This document shows, in pieces, positions 20,259-29,523 of a DNA stretch of 64,000 nt (position 1 is the stretch's first letter; every line of letters begins with the position of its first letter). Origin of the DNA: an uncultured Gammaproteobacteria bacterium. Lineage in GTDB: Bacteria; Patescibacteriota; Patescibacteriia; Magasanikbacterales; GWA2-37-8. Location of the stretch: positions 1,079,723 through 1,143,722 of the forward strand of contig CAZQUL010000001.1 in NCBI GenBank assembly GCA_964596525.1, read 5' to 3'. A model generated the notes under the pieces. The model was not told the DNA's origin, made no database searches, and saw only the letters and a list, made by a program, of their open reading frames with translations. The position numbers and the translations under genes were made by a program.

Positions 20259-20600
20259 TTATTCTACCTCAAAACCTAGCAAGCCGTACGTGCGGATTTT
20301 TTCTTCGTAACCAGGAAATGAAGCGTACATTTTTTTAAGATTGTCGACGGAAACCGCATCTGGGGCGATGTCCTTGAACGACACTTCTTGTACCATAGTA
20401 TCGACATCAGGCCAATGCCAGCGGCGGACAATTTTTTTGACGAAACGTTCAACTCCGCAGACAAAAGTGAGGGTATCCCCCACTGCAATTGACTGGTATT
20501 TAACGGTCGCGGCACGGGTTTCGATGGTTTTTAGCCCGCTTCTGACATGTTCGAAGTTGCTACGATCGACCTGGCGGAAACGCAACACCCAATTTTTCAT
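20259..20600 (-). CDS. ASCH (PUA-like) domain protein
   Basis: LKTIETRAATVKYQSIAVGDTLTF is ASCH-like. Size ~110 aa. Confidence 0.5.
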   Translation of the reverse strand: MKNWVLRFRQVDRSNFEHVRSGLKTIETRAATVKYQSIAVGDTLTFVCGVERFVKKIVRRWHWPDVDTMVQEVSFKDIAPDAVSVDNLKKMYASFPGYEEKIRTYGLLGFEVE

Positions 20601-20723
20601 AGTGAGGACAATTAAAACGTCCTACTTAGTATATCAAAAGAGAACGTAGTACATATTTCCAACTATCTTAACAACTGTGGTGCACAGTACTATCAGATGC
20701 TCTGCCTGCGAATTTAGGCCATG

Positions 20724-20752
20724 ATTGACAAACCTAAATCCCTTTAGTATAG
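20724..20752 (+). promoter_or_regulatory. Canonical sigma70 promoter (TTGACA-17-TATAGT) embedded in an inverted repeat (atttagg...cctaaat)
   Basis: tgaTTGACAaacctaaatccctttagTATAGTaat. Flanking 7-bp inverted arms suggest an operator. Confidence 0.45.
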
Positions 20753-20840
20753 TAATGCGTTCGAATGAAAGAACCTCACGTTGAGCGTTCTAATCGCGAA
20801 CTGCCTTGAGAATTCAGAGGGGAAAAAGGAGGATTTCGTC

Positions 20841-21365
20841 ATGAAGAGCACTCGTCGCATTGCAAGCCTTCTCGTGGGCATCGCCCTGCTTCTGCCGCTT
20901 CTCGGCCTGGCCGCTTTCCTGGTGCAGCAGTACGTGAGCTTCGACATCTACTGCACCGGTCGCCTCAAGCGCGCCGCCGACGCCAACACCGTCGAGCTCG
21001 CCAAAGAGGAGCTCACGGCGGCAACCAGCTACCTCGAGAGCCGCAAGATGACCACGGGCTACACCTCGGTCATCTACCAGACGCCGGACGAGGATGTCGG
21101 GTTCTGGTACAAGAACCTCAAGGCGTCGCTCGAGGAGCTCCAGAAGGTGGCGCCGAATGCCACGCCGCTCGAGAAGAGCAACCTGCTCATCAAGCTCCGG
21201 GAGACGATCCTGGACCACCACGGCAGCGAGAGCGTGACCGAACCCGAAGGGATCAGCCGCTTCCCCTTCAACAGCGTGATCATCGGTCTCCTGATCAGCT
21301 TCTTCGCCCTCTTCGCGATCGGCATCGTGATGATCTGCAGCTGGTGGGAGAACAGCAACGACTGA
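20841..21365 (+). CDS. Hypothetical bitopic membrane protein with high-GC codon usage (175 aa)
   Basis: Strong SD aaaaaggagga 7 nt before ATG 20841. N- and C-terminal TM helices. GC3 visibly higher than neighbours. Confidence 0.5.
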   Translation: MKSTRRIASLLVGIALLLPLLGLAAFLVQQYVSFDIYCTGRLKRAADANTVELAKEELTAATSYLESRKMTTGYTSVIYQTPDEDVGFWYKNLKASLEELQKVAPNATPLEKSNLLIKLRETILDHHGSESVTEPEGISRFPFNSVIIGLLISFFALFAIGIVMICSWWENSND

Positions 21366-21539
21366 CAACGCATTGATCCGCGGAACACTCCGCCCGTAAC
21401 CCGCTATGAGTACGCCTCGGCGGGTTTTATAATTCTTGCTTTAGAGAGTACTCGATCCGAACATCTTAAAGACCAACATATTTTTTGCACTTCACAAAAG
21501 AGATTGTTACTATTTTAGTAAGATCATCAACTGAATTAT

Positions 21540-22670
21540 ATGATCGAGCTCATCACCATTTACCCAGTACGCACCTTCGTGGCGTATAAACAAAATCCGG
21601 ATTTTCTGCGCTACTTGGCACGCCGCGACGGGTTTATTTCCACTGAAAGCGAAGCGCATTATTATATTGTTCATACCGATAAAAACCTCCGCCATAAACC
21701 GCCCGAGACAATTGATTTTGGCTTGGTACGGCACTTTATTTATGTACCACGTTTATTATTCGCATGCGCTTCTTTTGCGGGCTGGCTTTCTGCTTTCAAA
21801 AAAAGCCGCACCAACAGAACGCGCGAACGCATTCTTGTTATCAATAACACGTTCCATCAGATCATCATTCATCTTCTAGCACGCCTATCCGGCTGGCGGT
21901 CGCTTAAAATCATGGGAACGTTTTTCTATCATGCGCGCAGGGGCTGGAAAAAACACATTGTTGACGCGCTCGAATGGATGCACTGCTTTTTTGCCTCGCG
22001 CATCATCGTGCTTAGCCCAAGCGGCTGGGAATTTGTACCCAAACGATTCCACGTTAAAACGATCTATACAATCCCTAACTTTTTATACGATGCACCGCCA
22101 CGCACAGGCGAAAGCGCTAAAGCCCCCATCCCCTTTTCGGCCGTTTGTCTTAGCCGCTTGGAACCGGAAAAAGGCTTAAAAGGCCTTATAGAGGCTTGGC
22201 AACAGACCGACCCTTCGTGGTATCTCACGATATATGGTGATGGTAGTCAAAAAAATGAACTCGAAGAGCGCATCCGCGCGCTCGGTTTGTCCGGGCGGGT
22301 TGCGATTGGCGAACCCCTTTCTCACGCGCATGTCTTTGGAACGTTAGTTCGTTACAGCGTTTTCATTCTTACATCGCCCTGTGAAGGGCTTGGCATTGCG
22401 TATCTGGAAGCTTTATACATGAACGTACCGTGCATCGGGTTGCGCGTGCCGGGCGTCAAAGATACGCTCGGTGATGGGCGCGGCATACTGCTTGAACCAA
22501 CGGACTGGCGGCGCGATCTGAATAAAAATCTTGGCGATGCAGCCATGCTGAGAACGAATCCTGAATGGCAAAAAGCTGTCGACATGTACTTCACCAACGC
22601 AGTTATTCCGCACATCACTACTGACGCGGCACGCTGGTTTGATGCTCAAAACAAAACACCGCAAGCATAA
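21540..22670 (+). CDS. GT4-family glycosyltransferase (start uncertain)
   Basis: C-terminal half has GT-B/GT4 features (EPEKGLK..., EGLGIAYLEALYMNVPCIGLRVPG). Confidence 0.6.
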   Translation: MIELITIYPVRTFVAYKQNPDFLRYLARRDGFISTESEAHYYIVHTDKNLRHKPPETIDFGLVRHFIYVPRLLFACASFAGWLSAFKKSRTNRTRERILVINNTFHQIIIHLLARLSGWRSLKIMGTFFYHARRGWKKHIVDALEWMHCFFASRIIVLSPSGWEFVPKRFHVKTIYTIPNFLYDAPPRTGESAKAPIPFSAVCLSRLEPEKGLKGLIEAWQQTDPSWYLTIYGDGSQKNELEERIRALGLSGRVAIGEPLSHAHVFGTLVRYSVFILTSPCEGLGIAYLEALYMNVPCIGLRVPGVKDTLGDGRGILLEPTDWRRDLNKNLGDAAMLRTNPEWQKAVDMYFTNAVIPHITTDAARWFDAQNKTPQA

Positions 22671-22683
22671 GACTTGAGGTGCA

Positions 22684-23502
22684 TCAACGATACGTACTGG
22701 CCGCACGAACGTCGTTGCGGCAATTTTCATCAAAAGCAACATCGGCCGCCTCACCGTTTTTCAGGCGATCTGTTATCCACTTCAGATACGAGCTGTTCCA
22801 GGTGCTGGCTGCGGAATTACCATTAATTCCGTAGAGGATGCAGTTCGGATTATTACAATGCCGATCCGGACCCGTTTCGGTGAGGTGCGGCGTGACCATA
22901 GGAACCGAGATGTTCACTAATCCGGCATAATGACCGAATTCATGGACCATGGTAACGGCTAACGTTTGAGCGATAAAACCACTAGACGGCGAATTACGGA
23001 TAATCGCCGGCATGAAGATAGCCACCACTGTCCCACGCGCGCGAGTAGGCGTGGAGCCGAGCGAACAGGTTTTCTCGTGGGTACAGCGCGCTTCCGCTTC
23101 ATCGCCGTCCACGATAACGAAACGGGCGTCGTCTTCCTCACCCGGCAACCACTCGGCTAGATCAAAAATCTGATCGACCGTGTAGTGTTTGTGGCCTGCA
23201 AGAAATGTTGACAGCTGAGTCATCTCCGGTAGCGAATGCGGCGCCTGGCATTCTTTTTCCGGAAAAAGCGCCCTCACGCTATTGCACACGAAATCCAGCA
23301 CATTGACCCTAAGCTGCTCGGGCGATCCTTTTCCCCATTCAATCTGGAGCGGCGGTTCGGCTCCCGGAACATAACCTATGCGCAGGGTGATCGGCTTTTT
23401 GGCATGCAGAGCCTGCTGAAGAAAGGGGTTGCGCGCCTCGGACTGACAGCCTGAAACCGCGATAAGGGAGGTAAAAAAGAAACGGCAAAGGGTGGTTTTC
23501 AT
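22684..23502 (-). CDS. Lipoprotein zinc metalloprotease (HExxH)
   Basis: Lipobox LIAVSGC and VTMVHEFGHYAGL (HEFGH zincin motif). Confidence 0.55.
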   Translation of the reverse strand: MKTTLCRFFFTSLIAVSGCQSEARNPFLQQALHAKKPITLRIGYVPGAEPPLQIEWGKGSPEQLRVNVLDFVCNSVRALFPEKECQAPHSLPEMTQLSTFLAGHKHYTVDQIFDLAEWLPGEEDDARFVIVDGDEAEARCTHEKTCSLGSTPTRARGTVVAIFMPAIIRNSPSSGFIAQTLAVTMVHEFGHYAGLVNISVPMVTPHLTETGPDRHCNNPNCILYGINGNSAASTWNSSYLKWITDRLKNGEAADVAFDENCRNDVRAASTYR

Positions 23503-23616
23503 GCAGACCTCCTGGTGCGAAGATTATGTGGTATGCCGAAAAAATTGTCAAAACAACAGCAAAGGTGAGAGGACGATTTTTTCTAATCTTACATGAAGCA
23601 AGCAAGAAGTAGCGCG

Positions 23617-24747
23617 CTATCTAATCGCTTTCGCCACCGCCGCTGCTATCCCCTTTTCAAACGCCCCTGGAACAATCTTGTTCGCCATCGGACGCTTCAC
23701 GAGCGCAGCGAGATTCTTGGCCGCCTTGAGCTTCATTTCGTCGGTGATGCGTGTCACGCAATGATCAAGCGCGCCGCGGAAAACGCCCGGGAACACAAGC
23801 GAATTGTTGATTTGGTTAGGGTAGTCGCTCCGCCCCGTGCCCACCACTTTCGCACCGCCTTTGAGCGCTTCTTCGGGGAAAATTTCGGGGATAGGATTGG
23901 CCATCGCGAAGACGATCGCGTCGCTAGCCATGAGCGCCACATCTTTGGCAGTCATGAGGCCAGGCCCCGAGACGCCAACGAAGACGTCGGCGCCGCTGAG
24001 CGCTTCGGCAAGACCGCCGGTGACAGAGCGCGGATTGGTGAGGCGGGCAAGCTCCTGCTTGTGCGGCTCGGTACGCGTGTGGTCGATAATGCCTTTGCTA
24101 TCGAGCACGATGATATCCCCTGCCCCGGCTTTGACGATGAGCTTGGCAATCGCAGTACCGGCCGCACCAGCGCCCGAGATGACGATTTTGAGACTCGCGA
24201 ATTTTTTCTTGACCACTTTGGCCGCGTTCATGAGCGCAGCCAAAACCGCGATCGCCGTGCCGTGCTGATCGTCGTGCATAACCGGGATATCGAGCAGTTC
24301 CTTGAGCCGTTCTTCGATCGCGAAACATTCCGGGGCTTTGAAATCTTCCAGATTGATGCCGCCGAAGGCCGGGGCGATGCGCACGATGGTTTCCACTACT
24401 TCATCGACGCTTTTGGTATTCAGGACGAGCGGCACAGCATCCACATCGGCGAAGGTTTTGAAGAGCACGGCTTTGCCCTCCATCACCGGCAGCGCGCCGT
24501 AGGGCCCGATGTTGCCGAGCCCGAGCACGGCGGTACCGTCCGAAATGACCGCGACGGTGCGGCCTTTCATGGTGTAACTGCGGGCGAGCTCCGGCTTGTT
24601 CGCGAGCAGGGTCGAAACCGCAGCGACGCCGGGCGTATAGATAAGCGAAAGCGCTGCCCGGTCTTTCACGGGCATGGCGGGCGTTATGCGGATCTTGCCG
24701 CCGAGTTTTTTGTGGAGGGCAAGGGATTTTTGGGAGGGGGTTTTCAT
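23617..24747 (-). CDS. NAD(P)-dependent malic enzyme (short form)
   Basis: PVMEGKAVLFK, VISGAGAAGTAIAKL Rossmann, YTPGVA. Confidence 0.85.
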   Translation of the reverse strand: MKTPSQKSLALHKKLGGKIRITPAMPVKDRAALSLIYTPGVAAVSTLLANKPELARSYTMKGRTVAVISDGTAVLGLGNIGPYGALPVMEGKAVLFKTFADVDAVPLVLNTKSVDEVVETIVRIAPAFGGINLEDFKAPECFAIEERLKELLDIPVMHDDQHGTAIAVLAALMNAAKVVKKKFASLKIVISGAGAAGTAIAKLIVKAGAGDIIVLDSKGIIDHTRTEPHKQELARLTNPRSVTGGLAEALSGADVFVGVSGPGLMTAKDVALMASDAIVFAMANPIPEIFPEEALKGGAKVVGTGRSDYPNQINNSLVFPGVFRGALDHCVTRITDEMKLKAAKNLAALVKRPMANKIVPGAFEKGIAAAVAKAIR

Positions 24748-24771
24748 AGCAAAGTTCCGTTATTAAACGGT

Positions 24772-25554
24772 TTAAATTTCCAACTCAAACGAAATATTTT
24801 TTTCAACCCATAAGAGCCCCTTCTTCGTAAGACGCGCAACATCATTTCGGAAATCAAGCCGCCCATCTTTATTTACTCCTTGCAACTGTTTGCGCAGAAC
24901 GCCTTTATTTGGGTATTCCATCCAATCAGTGAGGTCTCTTAAAGAAACCTCATTTGGAAATTTCTGATAACAAAAAACCATTGCTTTTTCTTTGGAGCCG
25001 AGTCGTGTATCAAGACACTTGAGACGACCCCCAATCTCTTCAATAATCGGAACCTTACGTTCAATTATTTTTTTGATCTCGGCCTGGGCAGCTGCTGGGC
25101 TCATTTTTGTTTCAAGTCGAATCAATTCTGCGACTATCCAATTTGCGGTATTCAGGACGAATGTCGAATCCATTTCATTTACATCGACAATACCCGGGTG
25201 AGCGACATTCCGTTTATTACGGAAATCAAGTATGAAGCCCGCAAGCGGTAGAATTTGAAGACGTAGGGCGTCCGGTAAGGTCGTATTTTTCTCAGCTGAT
25301 CGCGCTATGGTTAAGCGATCAATTTGTTTGTTTAGTGGTGTCGAGGAACCAGTATCCTTTAATTCAATAATACGCAACACAATTTCAGCGAAGCGACCAC
25401 CATCGAGTTGACTCGGCTCCCAACAACCCAAAAAATACTGCCTGTGTATTTTTTGGAATTCATTTAGGAGAAAATTTACGAGATCATTCGGCAAGCTACT
25501 TAGATGCTGGGCTAGCGGATTCATAGTTGAGGAGTTTTTCAAAAAATGCTTCAC
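24772..25554 (-). CDS. Low-GC hypothetical protein (260 aa) with possible HEPN-like Rx4-6H motif (FRNKRNVAHPG) and C-terminal wHTH-like tail
   Basis: Composition is clearly AT-richer than the flanks. Motif match is weak. Confidence 0.4.
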   Translation of the reverse strand: MKHFLKNSSTMNPLAQHLSSLPNDLVNFLLNEFQKIHRQYFLGCWEPSQLDGGRFAEIVLRIIELKDTGSSTPLNKQIDRLTIARSAEKNTTLPDALRLQILPLAGFILDFRNKRNVAHPGIVDVNEMDSTFVLNTANWIVAELIRLETKMSPAAAQAEIKKIIERKVPIIEEIGGRLKCLDTRLGSKEKAMVFCYQKFPNEVSLRDLTDWMEYPNKGVLRKQLQGVNKDGRLDFRNDVARLTKKGLLWVEKNISFELEI

Positions 25555-25903
25555 CCGTTTGGGTCAAATCACATTCCCCGTTTGATTGAACGCGGACGTA
25601 CATACCCGACGCATTGTCGAGGAGATTGGTTTTGTAGGCGCCATCAAACTTAGCATTCATCCAGGCTTTTGCTAAATCTTTCTTATTGATAAGAGATCCC
25701 AGCATTTTTTCGTGGTAACCAACAATAGCCGCAATCTTCTCAGGACCATTAGAAAATTCCCTGCCTTTTATAACCTCTCTCAGCGTTTTTGGCTTATCGC
25801 TTGCTGGCACAGCAGCACCTTGCTTGATACTTTCCAAGCGCAACAATCGACTTTCGTGATCTTTTAACTGATCGATAATTTTTTTGATCTCATCTTCAGA
25901 CAT
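25496..25903 (-). CDS. Small low-GC protein (135 aa), paralog of 25912..26325
   Basis: N-terminal coiled coil plus conserved C-terminal core (REF...K..AL.YY.E...AK...N...KAW.LT.TGE). Confidence 0.4.
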   Translation of the reverse strand: MSEDEIKKIIDQLKDHESRLLRLESIKQGAAVPASDKPKTLREVIKGREFSNGPEKIAAIVGYHEKMLGSLINKKDLAKAWMNAKFDGAYKTNLLDNASGMYVRVQSNGECDLTQTGEAFFEKLLNYESASPASK

Positions 25904-25911
25904 AGAAAAAA

Positions 25912-26325
25912 TTATTTAGTAAGGTCTTCTTCAACATACTTCTCACCAGTTGAAGTCAACACCCAGGCCTTTTTAGTATCTTTTTTCTCAGGCGCCTCCA
26001 TTATTAGACCTCGTGCGATGTTTTTGTTAACAGCATCGTTCACATTCTTAGGGCGCGGCTCTTTCGCCGCCTGGAATACAGCCACTAAATCATCAACGTT
26101 AAACGATGTCATCCCCCCTACTCGCTCGAGGTAGTAGCAAAGCGCAAGAGTTTTTTGCGTCTCGGAATTAAGTTTTTTGGTCAAGAGAAACTCCCGGGCG
26201 GAAAATTTTTTTTGAACCATTGAGCTAACAGCCGGACTACTTGATGGATTTTGCAAAAAAACCACTCCTTCAAGTTTTGCAACGCGATTCTCTAATTCAG
26301 CAAAACGTTCTTCAGAGATAGTCAT
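25912..26325 (-). CDS. Small low-GC protein (137 aa), paralog of 25496..25903
   Basis: Same architecture as the neighbouring gene. Confidence 0.4.
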   Translation of the reverse strand: MTISEERFAELENRVAKLEGVVFLQNPSSSPAVSSMVQKKFSAREFLLTKKLNSETQKTLALCYYLERVGGMTSFNVDDLVAVFQAAKEPRPKNVNDAVNKNIARGLIMEAPEKKDTKKAWVLTSTGEKYVEEDLTK

Positions 26326-26330
26326 AAAAA

Positions 26331-26735
26331 TTATTTTAGGTTAATTTTAAACTGCGAAATCAGCTCCGGAATCCGATAGGGAGGGACAAGGTACCGACCA
26401 TCTTTGTCCTGGTTAATTTTATGTTGGCTCCCCAGTATTCTAAGGCTTGATTTCACTGAACCTGCGGCCATTACTCCCATAGCGATGAGCTCGCTCGGTA
26501 GGAGACCATCTGGTTTATTAAGGTAGAGGGCGCGCGCTTTTGCAGCACACAAAATAATCTCAATTTTTTGATTATTGCCATCAATACTTGCAAACGACGA
26601 CAGAAAACCAAACTCCCCAGAAGACTCGTCAATAGAGATGAACGGCCTGACAAGATCAGCGAGTTGCTGACGATCTACAGCCCTTGCATCCTTCACAAAC
26701 AGTGAAGATAATGGATCTTTTTGGATATCTTGCAT
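26331..26735 (-). CDS. Low-GC hypothetical protein (134 aa), first gene of islet
   Basis: No recognisable motif. Tightly packed with the following genes (5-9 nt gaps). Confidence 0.4.
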   Translation of the reverse strand: MQDIQKDPLSSLFVKDARAVDRQQLADLVRPFISIDESSGEFGFLSSFASIDGNNQKIEIILCAAKARALYLNKPDGLLPSELIAMGVMAAGSVKSSLRILGSQHKINQDKDGRYLVPPYRIPELISQFKINLK

Positions 26736-26761
26736 ATTTTGCTAATTTAATATTAAACTGA

Positions 26762-26778
26762 CTATCTCTAGAGGATAG
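26762..26778. promoter_or_regulatory. Composite palindrome ctatc-tctagag-gatag upstream of the islet's first gene (operator candidate)
   Basis: Seen directly. Sits ~30 nt upstream of start codon 26735 on the minus strand. Confidence 0.25.
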
Positions 26779-26788
26779 CATATAGATT

Positions 26789-26883
26789 TTTTCTGTCAAC
26801 ACCAATTTGTGCGCATGGCAGTTGTTGCACGGAAGCCATCTTACTGCTCTCGAACGAACTGAAAATGAGCGTCGGACTCATAG
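26789..26883. repeat. Copy A of a ~93-bp perfect direct repeat
   Basis: tctgtcaacaccaatttgtgcgcatggcagttgttgcacggaagccatcttactgctctcgaacgaactgaaaatgagcgtcggactcatag repeated identically at 27208-27302. Confidence 0.8.
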
Positions 26884-27207
26884 AAGGGACGAAAATCCCT
26901 ATTTTCACTTATATTTTAGCCAAATAATACTAGTAATTTATATTTAAATAAGATTCTAAGATACATCTATCCCTATTTAATAGCTTAAAATATCTTAATT
27001 TAAAATTGATTTATTAGTGGAAAATAATAAAAATTACTTAAATTAAGATTAATAATAAGTAATATTTTCTTATATTAAAAAGGTTTATATGACTAATTAT
27101 CATTTTATATTTATATTATTTAGCTAATTTATAGATATATAATGTTATTTAATATATAATTGATAATATTATTATGAACCATAAATAGATAAAAATGAAT
27201 ATTATTC

Positions 27208-27302
27208 TTTTCTGTCAACACCAATTTGTGCGCATGGCAGTTGTTGCACGGAAGCCATCTTACTGCTCTCGAACGAACTGAAAATGAGCGTCGGACTCAT
27301 AG
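27208..27302. repeat. Copy B of the ~93-bp direct repeat
   Basis: Identical to copy A. The two copies bracket a ~325 bp spacer of >80 % A+T (26884-27207). Confidence 0.8.
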
Positions 27303-27310
27303 TCTAAATT

Positions 27311-27340
27311 AAAAACCTAGATAAAAATCTAGGTTTTAAT
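27311..27340. terminator. Perfect hairpin terminator
   Basis: aaaacctagataaaaatctaggtttt, followed by gcccctttttt at 27345-27360. Confidence 0.45.
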
Positions 27341-27417
27341 AAGTATTACGCCCCTTTTTTCTTTGACGATCAATTTTACCTCCTACCCCCACCACCCGGT
27401 AAATGAAACCTCACCCT

Positions 27418-27831
27418 TTACTTCCCCACCGGCGGCTCCCACAACTCCACTTTATTCCCCTCCGGATCCATCACCCACCCAAACTTCCCGTATTCCGACT
27501 CATCGACCTTGTCGAGCACATTGCACCCCTCAGCCCGGAGTGCAGCAAGCAGAGCGTGCAAATCCGCGACGCGGTAATTCACCATGAACGGCGCCGTGCT
27601 TGGCTCAAAATAGTTCGTGTCGGCGTCGTTGATATTCCAGGCCGTCGTGCCCGCCGTCGGCTTGCCCTCGGCATCGACCCAATCAAACGCCGCGCCGCCC
27701 CAGCTCTGCACGTCGATACCGAGATGCTCTTTGTACCAGGCGCGGAGCTTTGCCGGGTCTTTGGCTTTAAAAAAGATGCCGCCGATGCCGGTGACACGTT
27801 TTAAAGGGGCTTTTTCGGATGAGGAATCCAT
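27418..27831 (-). CDS. VOC/glyoxalase-family protein
   Basis: VTGIGGIFFKAKDPAKLRAWYKEHLG...VELWEP. Confidence 0.55.
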   Translation of the reverse strand: MDSSSEKAPLKRVTGIGGIFFKAKDPAKLRAWYKEHLGIDVQSWGGAAFDWVDAEGKPTAGTTAWNINDADTNYFEPSTAPFMVNYRVADLHALLAALRAEGCNVLDKVDESEYGKFGWVMDPEGNKVELWEPPVGK

Positions 27832-27950
27832 AGAATCTTGAACACAGTAATTAAAATCTCCGTAAACACTGCCACGAGCATACGATAATTACCACTTGAT
27901 TTCAAGAAAAATCAAGCTTTGCCTCGTATAAATATTATTGATAAGCAATA

Positions 27951-29123
27951 TTACTTAAAATCCGCCGTAACGGCAATACCAAAAAGATCATGAAGTTTTT
28001 TCGGATTATGCGTCAATCGATACCCATCTATATTGGCGCGATTCATGACGAGATGGTTACCAAAAAACTTCATATACCCATCCATGCCGACGCCGTAGAG
28101 TACGCTGAACCCAGCGTCAAGAAGCAGCTTTCGGCGCGGATCATCCTCGGAGAAAACTTGCCCGAACGGACCGATGAAAATATTCGTGCGACCTACGAGA
28201 GGCTCAACCTCTTTGGCCCAGCGATCAATATCATTCGCCAAAAAATCGGCAGTGATTGTTCCCCGTAAAAATACTTGGTTGTGACTGTAGCTATGACTGG
28301 CAAACGTCCACCCGGATTTTTCGAGTGCTGCCACGACCGGCGCGACGTCTTTCCGTTCGCTGTCTCCTCGCTCCCCTTTTAGGTTGGTGCGATATCCCAA
28401 GATGCCTTCAAACCCCGTAAGGGCGATGATGCCCTTGGCGCCGTTGAACGAAAAATCCGGATGGTCTTTCACGAACGAATCCACGATCGGCATGACGTCG
28501 CCATCGTCCGTAACCACGGTTTTTCCTTCGGGCGTGATTACTTCGGTTTTTACTATATCGTCTTCTACGACTAATCTACGGGCAAAACCGCCGTTTTTCA
28601 TGTACGAATAATAGCTCACGTCGTCAATCGACAGGATGAGCGGCCGCTTGCCTTTGGGCAGGCGTAAAACATTCCGCTGCATCTTCCCTTTTTCATCGAA
28701 CGAAAACAGAAGGTTCGTATCGATAAGAACAAACCCATGCGCATAAAGCTGCTCGAGTATCTGCTTAAATTGCAGAACCGTCACCATGTTATCTTTATAA
28801 CCCGCAATGTTTTTCGCGTCCGCTAATGCTTTTTCAGGGTAGATGATCAGGCTATGAAAGAAAATATGGCGGACGGGGCCGGTGTAGTCTTCTAGATCCT
28901 CGACATGCACATCGGGTGCAGAGGTAGGCGTTGTTGTGGCAACAACTTCTTTCGGCGGATCTGCCACAACTGGATGTTCAACCGCTATTGTGGTGTCGGT
29001 TTTCTCGTACACGATACTCGATGGTCGATTGTTAACTGAAGAAAAATAGCCCAAAGCAATCAGCACGGCAGCACCCGACATGACAAACGCAAAGGCAGGT
29101 ACAGCTATGCGTTGAATGTTCAT
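27951..29123 (-). CDS. Membrane-anchored polysaccharide deacetylase (NodB homology domain)
   Basis: N-terminal TM, LILSIDDV...HSYSHNQ motifs. Confidence 0.55.
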   Translation of the reverse strand: MNIQRIAVPAFAFVMSGAAVLIALGYFSSVNNRPSSIVYEKTDTTIAVEHPVVADPPKEVVATTTPTSAPDVHVEDLEDYTGPVRHIFFHSLIIYPEKALADAKNIAGYKDNMVTVLQFKQILEQLYAHGFVLIDTNLLFSFDEKGKMQRNVLRLPKGKRPLILSIDDVSYYSYMKNGGFARRLVVEDDIVKTEVITPEGKTVVTDDGDVMPIVDSFVKDHPDFSFNGAKGIIALTGFEGILGYRTNLKGERGDSERKDVAPVVAALEKSGWTFASHSYSHNQVFLRGTITADFLANDIDRWAKEVEPLVGRTNIFIGPFGQVFSEDDPRRKLLLDAGFSVLYGVGMDGYMKFFGNHLVMNRANIDGYRLTHNPKKLHDLFGIAVTADFK

Positions 29124-29125
29124 AC

Positions 29126-29515
29126 TTATTTCAATCTTTCTAATACGCCTTTTCGCTTGACGATATTTTTATAATCCCACTGAATCTTCTCTGCCTTTCT
29201 AAGCCAGCGTTTCAGATCTGGCACATTGATATCGTGTACATCGTTATAAAATACCGAAGCATCCATGAATTTTTCTCCTCGCACATCTAATTTTTCTTCA
29301 TCAAAACCCTTCCCACTCCAAAACATCAACCGAATGCCGCGCTTCTCTTTGCTGTAGCCGACGATGGGGTTGCCGTCCAAAAACCACACCGGATGCTTGT
29401 GCCACACCTTACTCTCCGCGCCTTTCAGGCTCTCATTGATAAGTTCCATCAGCTGCTCGCAGATAGCGCGCTCCGATTTGGTTAACGAAGCATTATAAGC
29501 CTGTAATTCTTTCAT
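29126..29515 (-). CDS. DUF1801/YdeI-like domain protein
   Basis: WHKHPVWFLDGNPIVGYSKEKRGIRLMFWSGKGF pattern. Confidence 0.45.
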   Translation of the reverse strand: MKELQAYNASLTKSERAICEQLMELINESLKGAESKVWHKHPVWFLDGNPIVGYSKEKRGIRLMFWSGKGFDEEKLDVRGEKFMDASVFYNDVHDINVPDLKRWLRKAEKIQWDYKNIVKRKGVLERLK

Positions 29516-29523
29516 AAAAAAAC

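Noticed and set aside
26789-26883. Short ORF (~31-37 aa, MSPTLIFSSFESSKMASVQQLPCAQIGVDR...) readable on the minus strand inside each 93-bp repeat copy
   Set aside because: No convincing SD or promoter, and the two copies end differently because the frame runs out of the repeat. Treated as a non-coding repeat.
26884-27207. Extreme AT-rich 325-bp stretch considered as an oriC/DUE
   Set aside because: No DnaA-box-like 9-mers (TTATCCACA variants) seen and no dnaA or dnaN nearby. The flanking perfect direct repeats point to an insertion or duplication junction instead.
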